DNA from: Diplonema japonicum
Taxonomy: Eukaryota; Protista; Euglenozoa: Diplonemea
Direction of reading: 5' to 3'
NCBI GenBank assembly: GCA_964019335.1
Contig: OZ025652.1
Span: 310,001-374,000 of the forward strand
Length of the DNA: 64,000 nt
In this document: positions 34,130-45,140 of the stretch, one piece after another
How the letters are laid out: every line of letters starts with the position of its first letter
Position numbering within the stretch: position 1 is the first letter of the stretch
The notes under the pieces: model-generated
The model's input: only the letters and a program-made list of their open reading frames with translations
The model's database searches: none
What the model was told of the DNA's origin: nothing
Position numbers and translations under genes: made by a program

Positions 34130-35281
34130 ATATGAGCTCGTCCGAAAAAAAATGTCAACACTTTTTTGGGCACCTCCGAAAATTTCTTGTTTTGATTATT
34201 TGAGCAAAAAAAGGGCAGCATGCAACCATAGGAAGATGACATATATGGTGTACATGACGCCGTTCTTTCAATTGCGATGCTTGTTTTGCCATGAGGGTGG
34301 CAGGCTTTGCAACCGGCTGCCCCCGGGAAGCGAAAAACAGAGGTCAGAAAAACGACGAAAAATGTTTAAAATGCAGCTTGAAATGCAGCACCTAGGGTGC
34401 ACAAAAGTGGTGAACACACACCTTTGTGACCCCTGGGTACAACCCAGGGTCGGGTTACTGTTAAAAATACTTAGCGAAAAATATATGGCGTTGCATAGCC
34501 CCCAAAAAACCGGTTTTTTTAGCCCTATTTTTTGCTTTTTCGAGGGGTTCCTAAGGGAATTGGCCTAAAAGGCCCATTTTCCTGAAAACCCAATTCTTAA
34601 CACTTGTCTGCTCAACATCGGTATCTTTGGGGCCATACATGCATTCTCTACCCATCTGCTGAGGTTTGTCATTTTTTTTCTTACTCATGACAAATTAAAA
34701 TTGAGAAGTTTGCTTTTAAAGGGCCCTTAAGGGATTTTAGCCTAAAATGGGCATTGTAGCCCAAAATAGGCCAAAATGGCAGTATTTTCCCCACCCCATT
34801 TTAATAGTGATAAAGAGCCCAAACCACCCAAAATGACCCCTTAAGTTTCACAGATTTCCCATCTGCGTCCATTTCTTCTCGCTTTCTATTGAAGAAAACA
34901 AAAAACTCATAACCCCACTGGAGGACAGCCTCTTGTGGTGTGAGTTCCTATCTATTAATGCTCCCCTTCTGGAGCATAGCCTTCGTTCCTATTGTCGCCT
35001 TTAAAGCTTTTCGTAGTTAAAAAAGGAATATGGAGCCTGGGTCATTTACAATTTCCGGATGCCAAAAACTAAAAAAACCCATTCTAAAAAGCATGTTTTT
35101 GCACGCGCGTTTTAGAAATGAAACAAACGGCGTGCATTGTGACCTATATGGTGAACACGCTTAGACTGCAATTCTGCACACAAAGTGGTGTCAGACTACT
35201 TTTGTACTTAGAAATTTTCCGAGGATTTTTCGTTGCAAAAGAGGGTTATTTGTTGACATTTTTTTCCGGACAAGCTCATAT
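34130..35281. mobile_element. Non-autonomous DNA element with long degenerate terminal inverted repeats (Mutator/foldback-like)
   Basis: ATATGAGCTCGTCCGAAAAAAAATGTCAACA (34130-34160) pairs with TGTTGACATTTTTTTCCGGACAAGCTCATAT (35251-35281). Further inward matches: CCTCCGAAAATTTCT/AGAAATTTTCCGAGG and ACGCCGTTCTTTCA/TGAAACAAACGGCGT. Confidence 0.65.
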
Positions 35282-35445
35282 TTACCCTTTTGTTTCCTGA
35301 AAACAGGGTAATAAAAATCTAAGGAGAAGAGATTAAAAAAAAAAAAAAACATTCGTAGTTATTTCTTTAACTACAATTTTCTCTTTTTAAAAAAGAAAGA
35401 GCTCACTATGATAAACGGAAACGAAGGTGGTTAGCAACGGCCCAC

Positions 35446-35480
<35 letters not shown>

Positions 35481-36457
35481 AAACATTTTTTTTTCATCGA
35501 CCTGAGAGAACTTTTCAACATGAATCACTGCCTGGCAGTGCCACCGAAGAAAAAAAAAAAAAAAAAAGATACGAAATAAAAGAGGTCAATGTTGAAAAGA
35601 AAATTTGATGAGTTTTGGTGTGCGGGCCGGTAATCTTCTGCAGTCCTTTCAGCTTTGCCGCCGTCAGCGCTGCCAATGGATCGTAGTGATCTCACCTCCA
35701 TTTGTTCGCAGGATCCGGATCCGCTTGATCTTTATCGCCTTCTTGTCGATATCAATCGTCGTGCTGACGTTGACCCCCAACTTCGAAGTTCGTTAGTAAT
35801 ATTCGATAACATTCCATATGTCAATTGCCAGCTTGAAAATAAAAGGGAGAGAGACATTTTATGCAGAACACCCCGTTGAAGGAGGGGGGTAAGAAAGAAA
35901 AAAATACCAAAAACACCAAACAAAGAAATGTAAACAAAAAAAAAAAAAAAGGAGGACGTCTTTGTGAGATGCCCCAACTTGAGTTAGCACTAGGGGTTAG
36001 CACCAGGGTCTCCCAATGTGCTCACATGCGTACTTCCCTTAACAATTCATTATCAATTGTTCAACAAGAAAAAATGATACTAAAGAGAGCCTTGAACCTG
36101 CACACTCGGGGGAACACTGCCAACTTCTTTTTTTCTTCTTTTTTTTTTCCCCCTCTTTTTTTTTTTTCAAAGCGGAATACTCTGCGCCAAATGTTAGGGG
36201 TGCTGAGGGTGCTAGATACAGCTAATGAAATATTGTTGCACGGATTGAGCGACCAAGGAATAAAAAAAAAAGAATAAGAAAATCTTTAAAAAAACTCAAA
36301 GTGCAGGACAAACCCCCTCATGGAGGGCCACCCAAAAAAAAAAAAATGTAAACTTGTTTTTAGTGGGAAATGGAAAATGCTACAACCACCGCCACCCATG
36401 TGAAGCTTCCCGTGGTCTTATAAGGTGGGAACCTTTTGGTAGAATTAAAATAGCACT

Positions 36458-39400
36458 TCAACGCGATGCCTTATACTTCGAGTACAGTAGTTTTGCATAG
36501 TACAACCAGTTCCCCACGTTACCTTGCGGTCCAAGAGGGGTGGACATCAACGCAGGGAAGAAGAGCAGCGCCCAGAACAGACTGAACCCAATCGTCATGA
36601 AGATCATGATACCGAACTTGTTGAAGAAGACAATAGTTGGGAAGAAGAGGAAAATCGAAGCCCCAAGAGTGGAAATGGCCCCCGACACAACAGAGATCCC
36701 AACACGTGCAAGCATGTCGCGTACCCTGCCTTCACGGTCGTGAGATTCAGACTCGATGTACGCCTCAGCAAGATGGGCCACAAAGTCAACAGAGAGACCA
36801 GGGACCATCACAAGACCTATACTTTCAAGGACACCAAGCTTCCAACCAATTATAACTGTCATTCCCATGGTGCAGACCACAACACAGGTGATGACCAACA
36901 CAGCAAAGAATGCCACCAGGATGTTTGTCGTCGCAAGTGTCAAGACGACAAAGGCCAACCCCACAGAGAGGAAGATCCCACTCAGTGCTTCTTCAACAAG
37001 TTTTGCTCTGACATAGATGAAGTCCAAAGAGGACTGGAAGCCTCCTGCCTGGGCTGCAACGCTTTTGCACGGTTCAGAGTTGTACTGGTCGTTGAACCAG
37101 TCCTCCCATGTGTTCCACAGGGCCTTCCCATCATCAGTGTCGATGTTCGAGGATTCAACAGTCAGCTTCAGCTCAGTTGAGATGAACCTCAGCCTTGTCT
37201 GCCCATCAACGTGCTCTGCATGGATGTAAGGCTTCCACATGGACAACACCTTCGGGTCCTCAAGCCACAGCACCAAAATGTCAAAGAACAAACTGTTATC
37301 CGCGCCCAGCCCAGTGATCTTGTTCCAGAGTGCCGTGTCGTTCGCGTCCACATGCTTCTTGAAGTCGATCAAAAAGCAGTCGATTGGGAAGTCTGGGTAG
37401 CCACCTGTCTTCCTCTCGTCAGACTTCTCTTGAGCCTTCTCACAGATCGACAGCATGCACCGCGCAGCAACTGGAAGGTCGAAGTTCGGGTCCCACACTG
37501 GCTTCCCTGGGTCGCCCACATCTGTTGCCAGGGTCCCAGACCTGTCGATGGGGTTCTCCTTGTCGATGCCCCATGCGAAGATCATCTTAACAGCATTCAC
37601 AGACCCACCACGTGCGAAGTGCTTCGGGTTCTCATCGAGGAACTTCTGATAGTTGTTCGATGACGGTAAGAATTGGGCGTTCTTCGGGTCCGGCTCCAGT
37701 TTACCTGCCTGAATACCAAACACGACGATGATCACGATAAACACGACTATGATCCCTATCTTCGCACCAATGATGCCTGATGAATATGCCTCCCTGAACC
37801 ACTGGCTCACAGCTGGCTCCGACTTCACTTCTTCCTTCTGTTCAATGTGCCTCCGCCCTTCCTCATCTATTACCACTTTTGTATTCTTCCCATCAAAGGA
37901 CACAGGCCTCAATTCCTGCTTCACATAATTCGCGATCTTCTTTGGGACACCGAAGCAGAACCTCCACTCCTCAAAGTGGGTTGCGAACATGAAGACCACC
38001 GTTGGGTAAAACACCATCACCGCACAGTAGTTCACAAAGACGAGCATCGCAGCGAAGATCCCAAAGGTCTGGATTGCTGGGAACGACGAGTTCGCGTTCG
38101 ACATGAAAGAAATCATAGTACTCAAGCTGGTGACAAGCATCGCCTTTCCGGCGTGCTTCCAGGTGTACGACATCCTCTTCCCAAGGCTTTTGAACTTGTG
38201 ACCAGACTGCTCCCACGTGTCAAGGAACACAAAGATGTCATCAGCACCGATCCCAAGAATGATGAAGATGGACAACATGTTGAAGACACCGAAGTACCTC
38301 TGTTGAAAGATCCCAAAGTACAGGAAGTAGGCCACAGGGAAACACATCAGGATCTGACCCATGCCCATCACAGCAAGCCACCAGGAGGAGGTCATGAAGG
38401 CGATGTAGACAAGAACGAATACCATGCTTGCAATGGCGAACATGGCATCCATGATGAGGAGTTCCTGGATGTAGAGTCCGAGCATGCCGTGCCCGTTGTA
38501 GATATACGACACACCACCCCCGCTGATCTGCCCGTCAGCAAGCCAAGTGTGGTACTCATCATACAACCACTGTGCAAGGTCTTCACTCTGCCCATCGGGG
38601 TCATCGTTCACTGTCTTGTACCCCTTCAGAGGGGCCCCGAAGGTGAACTCCGTCTTCACAGCCTTTGCAATCTGGTTCCCTGCCCCGAACTGTGAGTCGA
38701 CAAGCCTCAGGAAGTTGTAACTGTTCAGCCCCTCAACGGTGTTCCTGTCAGGGATAGAGTTCGCATAGGTGTGGACCTTCGGAACCTTGAAGTTCTCCTC
38801 GAGGATGAACTCGTCTGGGGTGCAGGTTGTCGACTTGTTGCAGTTCATGAGACCGATGGGGGTGGACGCCAGCTTGGAGCAAGGGGTTCCAAGGGAAGGG
38901 TCACAAGCCCACACAATGGTGTGGTGCACAGCACAGTTGTGGGACTGCGAGTTGATCTTCGTGATCATGTCGACATTGTTGCTCCTCTCGAATGCGACTT
39001 CAGTGCTGTTGTAGTCGATGAGGCAGTGGTCTGCGAACTCATTGCGGGCCATCACACGCTGCTCAAACTCGAACATCTTCTGAAGGATCTTGGTCTCAAG
39101 CACGTCACCGAACTCGGGGAAGTAGATGATCTCAAGGGTGAGGTCCTCACGCTCACCACCAAGTGTGTCGACAGACTGACGAAGTTCGATGTCAGGCGCG
39201 TTCAGGGTGTAGTCAGCAATGTCTTTCCCTTCCACGATGGCATCCGAACGTTGCTTAGTAACATGCCCCCGGAGGTAGAGGGGTACCTCCGAAGAGTAAG
39301 GGAAGAAGGAGGAGCCAGCTGCAAGCAGTATAATGATGAAGAGGAGGAAGAAACCGCAGAAGGACCCACAGGTGATGCAGTAGGCCTTTTTGGGTTGGTG

Positions 39401-39670
39401 CGAAATGGCATCCCACACAAAGTCGATCTTTCCTTCCAGCTTCTCGTCGTGGTGTTCAGAGTTCAAGGGGTGATCGGAGTGGTTCAGTGCGGGGCTATTG
39501 GTAGTGGGTGCAGGTGCCATTTCAACATCCGCAGGTGGGGGTGCGTGATAATACGTTAACCCATTGAAGCGAGGATCGAAGTCAGCAGCTGATTCGTTGT
39601 GCGGTGCGCCTGGCATCAAATGTACACCCAAAGGGTTGTGAGCGTTGTTGTTTTCCTTAAAGAAAGACAC
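36458..39670 (-). CDS. Patched/Dispatched-family transporter, copy 4
   Basis: 1070-codon ORF from GTG 39670; GxxxDD and GLSVD motifs. Confidence 0.9.
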   Translation of the reverse strand: MSFFKENNNAHNPLGVHLMPGAPHNESAADFDPRFNGLTYYHAPPPADVEMAPAPTTNSPALNHSDHPLNSEHHDEKLEGKIDFVWDAISHQPKKAYCITCGSFCGFFLLFIIILLAAGSSFFPYSSEVPLYLRGHVTKQRSDAIVEGKDIADYTLNAPDIELRQSVDTLGGEREDLTLEIIYFPEFGDVLETKILQKMFEFEQRVMARNEFADHCLIDYNSTEVAFERSNNVDMITKINSQSHNCAVHHTIVWACDPSLGTPCSKLASTPIGLMNCNKSTTCTPDEFILEENFKVPKVHTYANSIPDRNTVEGLNSYNFLRLVDSQFGAGNQIAKAVKTEFTFGAPLKGYKTVNDDPDGQSEDLAQWLYDEYHTWLADGQISGGGVSYIYNGHGMLGLYIQELLIMDAMFAIASMVFVLVYIAFMTSSWWLAVMGMGQILMCFPVAYFLYFGIFQQRYFGVFNMLSIFIILGIGADDIFVFLDTWEQSGHKFKSLGKRMSYTWKHAGKAMLVTSLSTMISFMSNANSSFPAIQTFGIFAAMLVFVNYCAVMVFYPTVVFMFATHFEEWRFCFGVPKKIANYVKQELRPVSFDGKNTKVVIDEEGRRHIEQKEEVKSEPAVSQWFREAYSSGIIGAKIGIIVVFIVIIVVFGIQAGKLEPDPKNAQFLPSSNNYQKFLDENPKHFARGGSVNAVKMIFAWGIDKENPIDRSGTLATDVGDPGKPVWDPNFDLPVAARCMLSICEKAQEKSDERKTGGYPDFPIDCFLIDFKKHVDANDTALWNKITGLGADNSLFFDILVLWLEDPKVLSMWKPYIHAEHVDGQTRLRFISTELKLTVESSNIDTDDGKALWNTWEDWFNDQYNSEPCKSVAAQAGGFQSSLDFIYVRAKLVEEALSGIFLSVGLAFVVLTLATTNILVAFFAVLVITCVVVCTMGMTVIIGWKLGVLESIGLVMVPGLSVDFVAHLAEAYIESESHDREGRVRDMLARVGISVVSGAISTLGASIFLFFPTIVFFNKFGIMIFMTIGFSLFWALLFFPALMSTPLGPQGNVGNWLYYAKLLYSKYKASR

Positions 39671-40355
39671 CCTGCTTACGATAAATAATTGTCCTGAGGT
39701 GTTGATTTTCTTTTGGTAACAGATGAAGTAAACTAAATATTAATAAAGATAGAAAAAAGAATAGAGATAAAAGAAGATCAAATCTTTTTCATAAAACAGG
39801 GGAACGGAGAGAGGAAGGAAGAGGGGCTGGCCATGCCAGGAGAAGCTTATTTACCAGAAAAGGTTGCCCTTTACTTGGTCAAATGACCTGTGTTCAAGGG
39901 AACAAAAACTAATTAATTAACGCTCCCGATAAAATATCAAAAGAGCGAAAAAGGTAGATACAACGGCGAGGGGGGGGAGAGCAGGGAGAGAGAGGGGGGG
40001 GTGAGAGGATAGCGAAGAAGAAAGGGTACGAAGATTAGGGGGGGGAAAAAAAAGAAAAGCCTCAACTGCTTGTGTATGCATGAACAGTAAGAGGTCAGAA
40101 GAAGTAAGTTATGTCTTTAAGTATAACAGAGTTGGCAAAAAAAAAAAAATCTTCATCAAAAGTAAAGGTTCTAGTGGTCAGACCTAAAGTTACACCTAAT
40201 CGTAATGTGCTTCCATTAGTTGACAATTTATTTTTCCAGTCACACTGGGGCTCCATAGACATGTGTGGCTGGTGTCCACTTTTTAGTTAGTTAAAAGAAA
40301 GAAGTGAAAGAAAACAAGGGATATGGAACAAGAACATACTGTTCCTTCACACACC

Positions 40356-43300
40356 TCATATCTCTCCCGCTGGAGGTAGCTCGTGAGTGTTGCGCGCCTT
40401 GAACTTGTAGTACAGTTTCTTGGCCACGTACAACCAGTTCCCCATGTTCCCCTCCGGTCCAAGAGGGGTAGACATCAACGCAGGGAAGAACACCAGCGCC
40501 CAGAACAGACTGAACCCAATCGTCATGAAGATCATGATACCGAACTTGTTGAAGAACTGAATAGTTGGGAAGAAGAGGAACAGAGATGCCCCAAGAGTGG
40601 AAATGGCCCCCGACACAATCGAGATCCCAACACGTGCAAGCATGTCGCGTACCCTGCCTTCACGTTCATGAGATTCAGACTCGATGTACGCCTCAGCAAG
40701 ATGGGCCACAAAGTCAACAGAGAGACCAGGGACCATCACAAGGCCAATACTTTCAAGAGCACCAAGCTTCCAACCCAAAATGGGAATCATTCCCATGGTG
40801 CAGACCACAACACAAGAAATGACCAACACAGCAAAGAATGCCACCAGGATGTTTGTCGTCGCAAGTGTCAGGACAGCAAAGGCTAAACCGATCGAGAAGT
40901 AGATCCCACTCAGTGCTTCTTCAACAAGTTTTGCTCTGACATAGACGAACTCCAAAGAGGACTGGAAGCCTCCTGCCTGGGCTGCAACGCTTTTGCACGG
41001 TTCAGAGTTGTACTGGTCGTTGAACCAGTCCTCCCATGTGTTCCACAGGGCCTTCCCGTCGTCGGGATCGATGTTCGAGGATTCAACAGTCAGCTTCAAC
41101 TCAGTTGAGATAAATCGTACTTGTGGAGTGCCGTCCACAAGCTCTGCATGGATGTAAGGCTTCCACATGGACAACACCTTCGGGTCCTCAAGCCACAGCA
41201 CCAGCATGTCAAAGAACTGACCACCCTTCGCGCCCGGCCCAGTGATCTTGTTCCAGAGTGCCGTGTCGTTCGCGTCCACATGCTTCTTGAAGTCGATCAA
41301 AAAGCAGTCGATTGGGAAGTCTGGGTAGCCACCTGTCTTCCTTTCGTCAGACTTCTCTTGAGCCTTCTCACAGATCGACAGCATGCACCGCGCAGCAACT
41401 GGAAGGTCGAAGTTCGGGTCCCACACTGGCTTCCCTGGGTCTTCCTCATCTGTTGCCAGGGTTCCAGACCTGTCGATGGGGTTCTCCTTGTCGATGCCCC
41501 ATGCGAAGACCATCTTGACAGCATTCACAGACCCACCACGGGCGAAGTGCTTCGGGTTCTCATCGAGGAACTTCTGGTAGTTGTCAGATGACGGTAAGAA
41601 TTGGGGTGCTTTTGGGTCTGCCTCCAGACCCCCTGCCTGGATCCCAAACACAACAATCATGGCTATGAATATCAAAATGATCACTATCTTCGCACCAATG
41701 ATGCCTGATGAATACGACTCCCTGAACCACCGACACACAGCAGGCTCGGTACTCGTACATTCTTCGAAGTGTTCCCGCCCCTGTTCGTCTGTCACAATCT
41801 TGACGTTTTTAAAGGTTGGTGAAGTCAGCCCCTGCTTCACAAGAGTTGCAAACTTTGAAGGCCACCCACAGCAGAACTTCCACTCCTCGAAGAAGGTTGC
41901 GAACATGAAGACCACCGTTGGGTAAAACACCATCACCGCACAGTAGTTCACAAGGACCAGCATCGCAGCGAAGAGCCCAAAGGTCTGGATTGCTGGGAAC
42001 GACGAGTTCGCGTTCGACATGAAAGAAATCATAGTACTCAAGCTGGTGACAAGCATCGCCTTCCCTGCGTGCTTCCAGGTGTACGACATCCTCTTCCCAA
42101 GGCTTTTGAACTTGTGACCAGACTGCTCCCACGTGTCAAGGAACACAAAGATGTCATCAGCACCGATCCCAAGAATGATGAAGATGCACAGTAAATTAAA
42201 GACACCGAAGTACCTCTGTTGAAAGATCCCAAAGTACAGGAAGTAGGCCACAGGAAAGGACATCAAGATCTGACCCATGCCCATCACAGCAAGCCACCAG
42301 GAGGAGGTCATGAAGGCGATGTAGATAAGAACGAATACCATGCTTGCAATGGCGAACATTCCATCAGTGACCATGAGGCTCTGGATGTAGAGGCTGAGCA
42401 TGCCGTGCCCGTTGTAGACATACGACACACCCCCGCTGATCTGCCCGTCAGCAAGCCAAGTGTGATACTCATCGAACAACCACTCCGCAAGGTCTTCACT
42501 CTGCCCATCGGGGTCATCGTTCACTGTCTTGTACCCCTTCAGAGGGGCCCCGAAGGTGAACTCCGTCTTCACAGCCTTTGCAATCTGGTTCCCTGCCCCG
42601 AACTGTGAGTCGACAAGCCTCAGGAAGTTGTAACTGTTCAGCCCCTCAACGGTGTTCCTGTCAGGGATAGAGTTCGCATAGGTGTGGACCTTCGGAACCT
42701 TGAAGTTCTCCTCGAGGATGAACTCGTCTGGGGTGCAGGTTGTCGACTTGTTGCAGTTCATGAGACCGATGGGGGTGGACGCCAGCTTGGAGCAAGGGGT
42801 TCCAAGGGAAGGGTCACAAGCCCACACAATGGTGTGGTGCACAGCACAGTTGTGGGACTGCGAGTTGATCTTCGTGATCATGTCGACATTGTTGCTCCTC
42901 TCGAATGCGACTTCAGTGCTGTTGTAGTCGATGAGGCAGTGGTCTGCGAACTCATTGCGGGCCATCACACGCTGCTCAAACTCGAACATCTTCTGAAGGA
43001 TCTTGGTCTCAAGCACGTCACCGAACTCGGGGAAGTAGATGATCTCAAGGGTGAGGTCCTCACGCTCACCACCAAGTGTGTCGACAGACTGACGAAGTTC
43101 GATGTCAGGCGCGTTCAGGGTGTAGTCAGCAATGTCTTTCCCTTCCACGATGGCATCCGAACGTTGCTTAGTAACATGCCCCCGGAGGTAGATGGGGACA
43201 TCCGAAGAGAAGGGGAAGAAGGAGGAGCCAGCCACCATAAGTATGACGATGAAGAGGAAGAAGAAACCGCAGAAGGACCCACAGGTGATGCAGTAAGCCT

Positions 43301-43553
43301 TTTTGGGTTGGCGCGATATGGCATCCCACACAAAATCGATCTTTCCTTCCAGCTTCTCGTCCAGCATGCCCTGGTTTAAGCTAGGGCCTTCGTTGCAGCT
43401 TAGAGCAGGGCTGATTTGGGTGGGGACCATCTCCACTGACACGGGTTGAGGAGCCTTGTACATGTGGTCAGTCATTGCTGGACCAGTAGTAACTTGCGAT
43501 GAGATGAGGCCTACGCTCAAAGGGTTGCTGTTGTCCTCGTGTGGAAAAGACAC
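40356..43553 (-). CDS. Patched/Dispatched-family transporter, copy 5
   Basis: 1065-codon ORF from GTG 43553; same motifs. Confidence 0.9.
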   Translation of the reverse strand: MSFPHEDNSNPLSVGLISSQVTTGPAMTDHMYKAPQPVSVEMVPTQISPALSCNEGPSLNQGMLDEKLEGKIDFVWDAISRQPKKAYCITCGSFCGFFFLFIVILMVAGSSFFPFSSDVPIYLRGHVTKQRSDAIVEGKDIADYTLNAPDIELRQSVDTLGGEREDLTLEIIYFPEFGDVLETKILQKMFEFEQRVMARNEFADHCLIDYNSTEVAFERSNNVDMITKINSQSHNCAVHHTIVWACDPSLGTPCSKLASTPIGLMNCNKSTTCTPDEFILEENFKVPKVHTYANSIPDRNTVEGLNSYNFLRLVDSQFGAGNQIAKAVKTEFTFGAPLKGYKTVNDDPDGQSEDLAEWLFDEYHTWLADGQISGGVSYVYNGHGMLSLYIQSLMVTDGMFAIASMVFVLIYIAFMTSSWWLAVMGMGQILMSFPVAYFLYFGIFQQRYFGVFNLLCIFIILGIGADDIFVFLDTWEQSGHKFKSLGKRMSYTWKHAGKAMLVTSLSTMISFMSNANSSFPAIQTFGLFAAMLVLVNYCAVMVFYPTVVFMFATFFEEWKFCCGWPSKFATLVKQGLTSPTFKNVKIVTDEQGREHFEECTSTEPAVCRWFRESYSSGIIGAKIVIILIFIAMIVVFGIQAGGLEADPKAPQFLPSSDNYQKFLDENPKHFARGGSVNAVKMVFAWGIDKENPIDRSGTLATDEEDPGKPVWDPNFDLPVAARCMLSICEKAQEKSDERKTGGYPDFPIDCFLIDFKKHVDANDTALWNKITGPGAKGGQFFDMLVLWLEDPKVLSMWKPYIHAELVDGTPQVRFISTELKLTVESSNIDPDDGKALWNTWEDWFNDQYNSEPCKSVAAQAGGFQSSLEFVYVRAKLVEEALSGIYFSIGLAFAVLTLATTNILVAFFAVLVISCVVVCTMGMIPILGWKLGALESIGLVMVPGLSVDFVAHLAEAYIESESHEREGRVRDMLARVGISIVSGAISTLGASLFLFFPTIQFFNKFGIMIFMTIGFSLFWALVFFPALMSTPLGPEGNMGNWLYVAKKLYYKFKARNTHELPPAGEI

Positions 43554-44632
43554 CCTGGCAGATTTATTTTTTTACGGTAGGAAACCTTGATTGGTGTGTT
43601 AATTACTTTCGAATGTCAAAAAAGAGTACAACTAAACGGGAGAGGAAGAGAATAAACCAATAAAAGAAGAGAATAACAACGCACGCGGTACCAAGTTTGA
43701 CTTTCTTTTTCCTTCCAAGCCAGTAAACAGCATTTCCTGGGAAAAAGTTCCTCGGCCGCGTACGTTGTTTCTCAAAAAAGAGAAACAAAAGGTCGACGAA
43801 AGAAAGGGATGCAAGAAAATTTGATCTTGTAAAAAAGAAAGTCAAAGTTCGATCCTTGCACGTCAAGGCGACACAAAGAATCCTGCTTTACAAATTCTTT
43901 TTTTTAGTTTCTCCTTTTTTTTGTCCGGGAAAATCCAAGAGGTGACACTCGCAAGGTCGTGAGCTCTGTCTCTTGGCACACATCGGTCCCCTAATAAAAT
44001 CAAGAGCGCGATTTAAAAAAATATATATGTATATGTTTATATATAAAAGAGGCACTGTAAATCTCTTATTTCTTTCGGAAAAAAGGGTACTTTTGACCCA
44101 AAGAAAACAATTAAGAGATTTTACAGTAATGTTCCGGGGAGAGAGCTTGTGGGATGGGGGTCAAGAAAAAAAGAGGAGGAAAAAAAAAGGGTCTATCTTT
44201 TGATGCCCCCTTCACGGAGTGTTCTGTCCTTGCGTCACTCCTATGAGAGCTGCGTGGTTGATATTCCAATTTCCATTTTAGCGGAAACTCTGTTCGTTCC
44301 GAGAGGCGAAAGATGACCTTGCTGCCAGAAGAAATGAAATAGTACGGCTAACGGCTTCTGGTTCTTCTTTAAACGACAGAAAAGACTCCCAAGGCAGCTC
44401 CGTTCCAAGAAAAAAGAGGGAAAAAAAATAATAAGAAGAAGAATGCCCCTGGGTGTAGAGGCGTTGAAGACCCTGTCCGTTGATTAATGCAACAGTTGCA
44501 AAGTATTCTTTTTTTTTTTTAGTGCTTTATTTATTTCAGCGCGGTTTTCTTTTTTTTTTATTTATTTTCCCTTCCAAATTGCAATAACAAGTGCTTCTGT
44601 AATCATCAAAGAAGAGGAGGAAAAAAAAAATA

Positions 44633-44762
44633 ATTCTTTATGACTATATGTCTTTGTTGTTCGCACGAGCAAAAAAGTTTTAAAAAGCTGCGAAAACTTT
44701 TTGCTCGGCACAAGTTGCATATAGTTATAAAATCATTTTTTGAAAGATAAATATTTGTAACA
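44633..44762. repeat. Dispersed palindromic (MITE-like) repeat, compact copy
   Basis: Outer arms TTATGACTATATG/CATATAGTTATAA and inner arms GAGCAAAAAAGTTTT/AAAACTTTTTGCTC. Second copy at 12091-12285. Confidence 0.75.
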
Positions 44763-45140
44763 AAAAAAAAAAAAGCGGAACTAGGAATACAATGGGGTAA
44801 AAAAAAAAAAAATCAAAGTGCAGAACAAAAAAAAATATGTAAAAAGAGAGGAGACAGCAACATTTTTAAGGCCAGGTGTGCACTGTAAGGAAAAAAATAA
44901 GAAACGGGTTCTTTGGGGGGGGGGGGGGGGGGGATGGGAGGGATGCACACATGGAAAAGGACAAACCCCATGATTGAATCGTAGGTGTGCTGCGTTGCCA
45001 GTACCTGTTCAGGTAAATTAAAGAATGAAAAAATTTAATTCAACAAAATATACGAAGAATAAAGGAGGCCAGTGCCAATTGCACTCTGCACAAGTACTGC
45101 CTAGTATTGATGCAGGGAAATAAACATAGACCACCAACCC

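Noticed and set aside
35605-35879. GC-richer island with 63-74-aa plus-strand ORFs
   Set aside because: Opposite to the cluster strand, in-frame stop just upstream, no recognisable motif; possibly an element fragment but unsupported.
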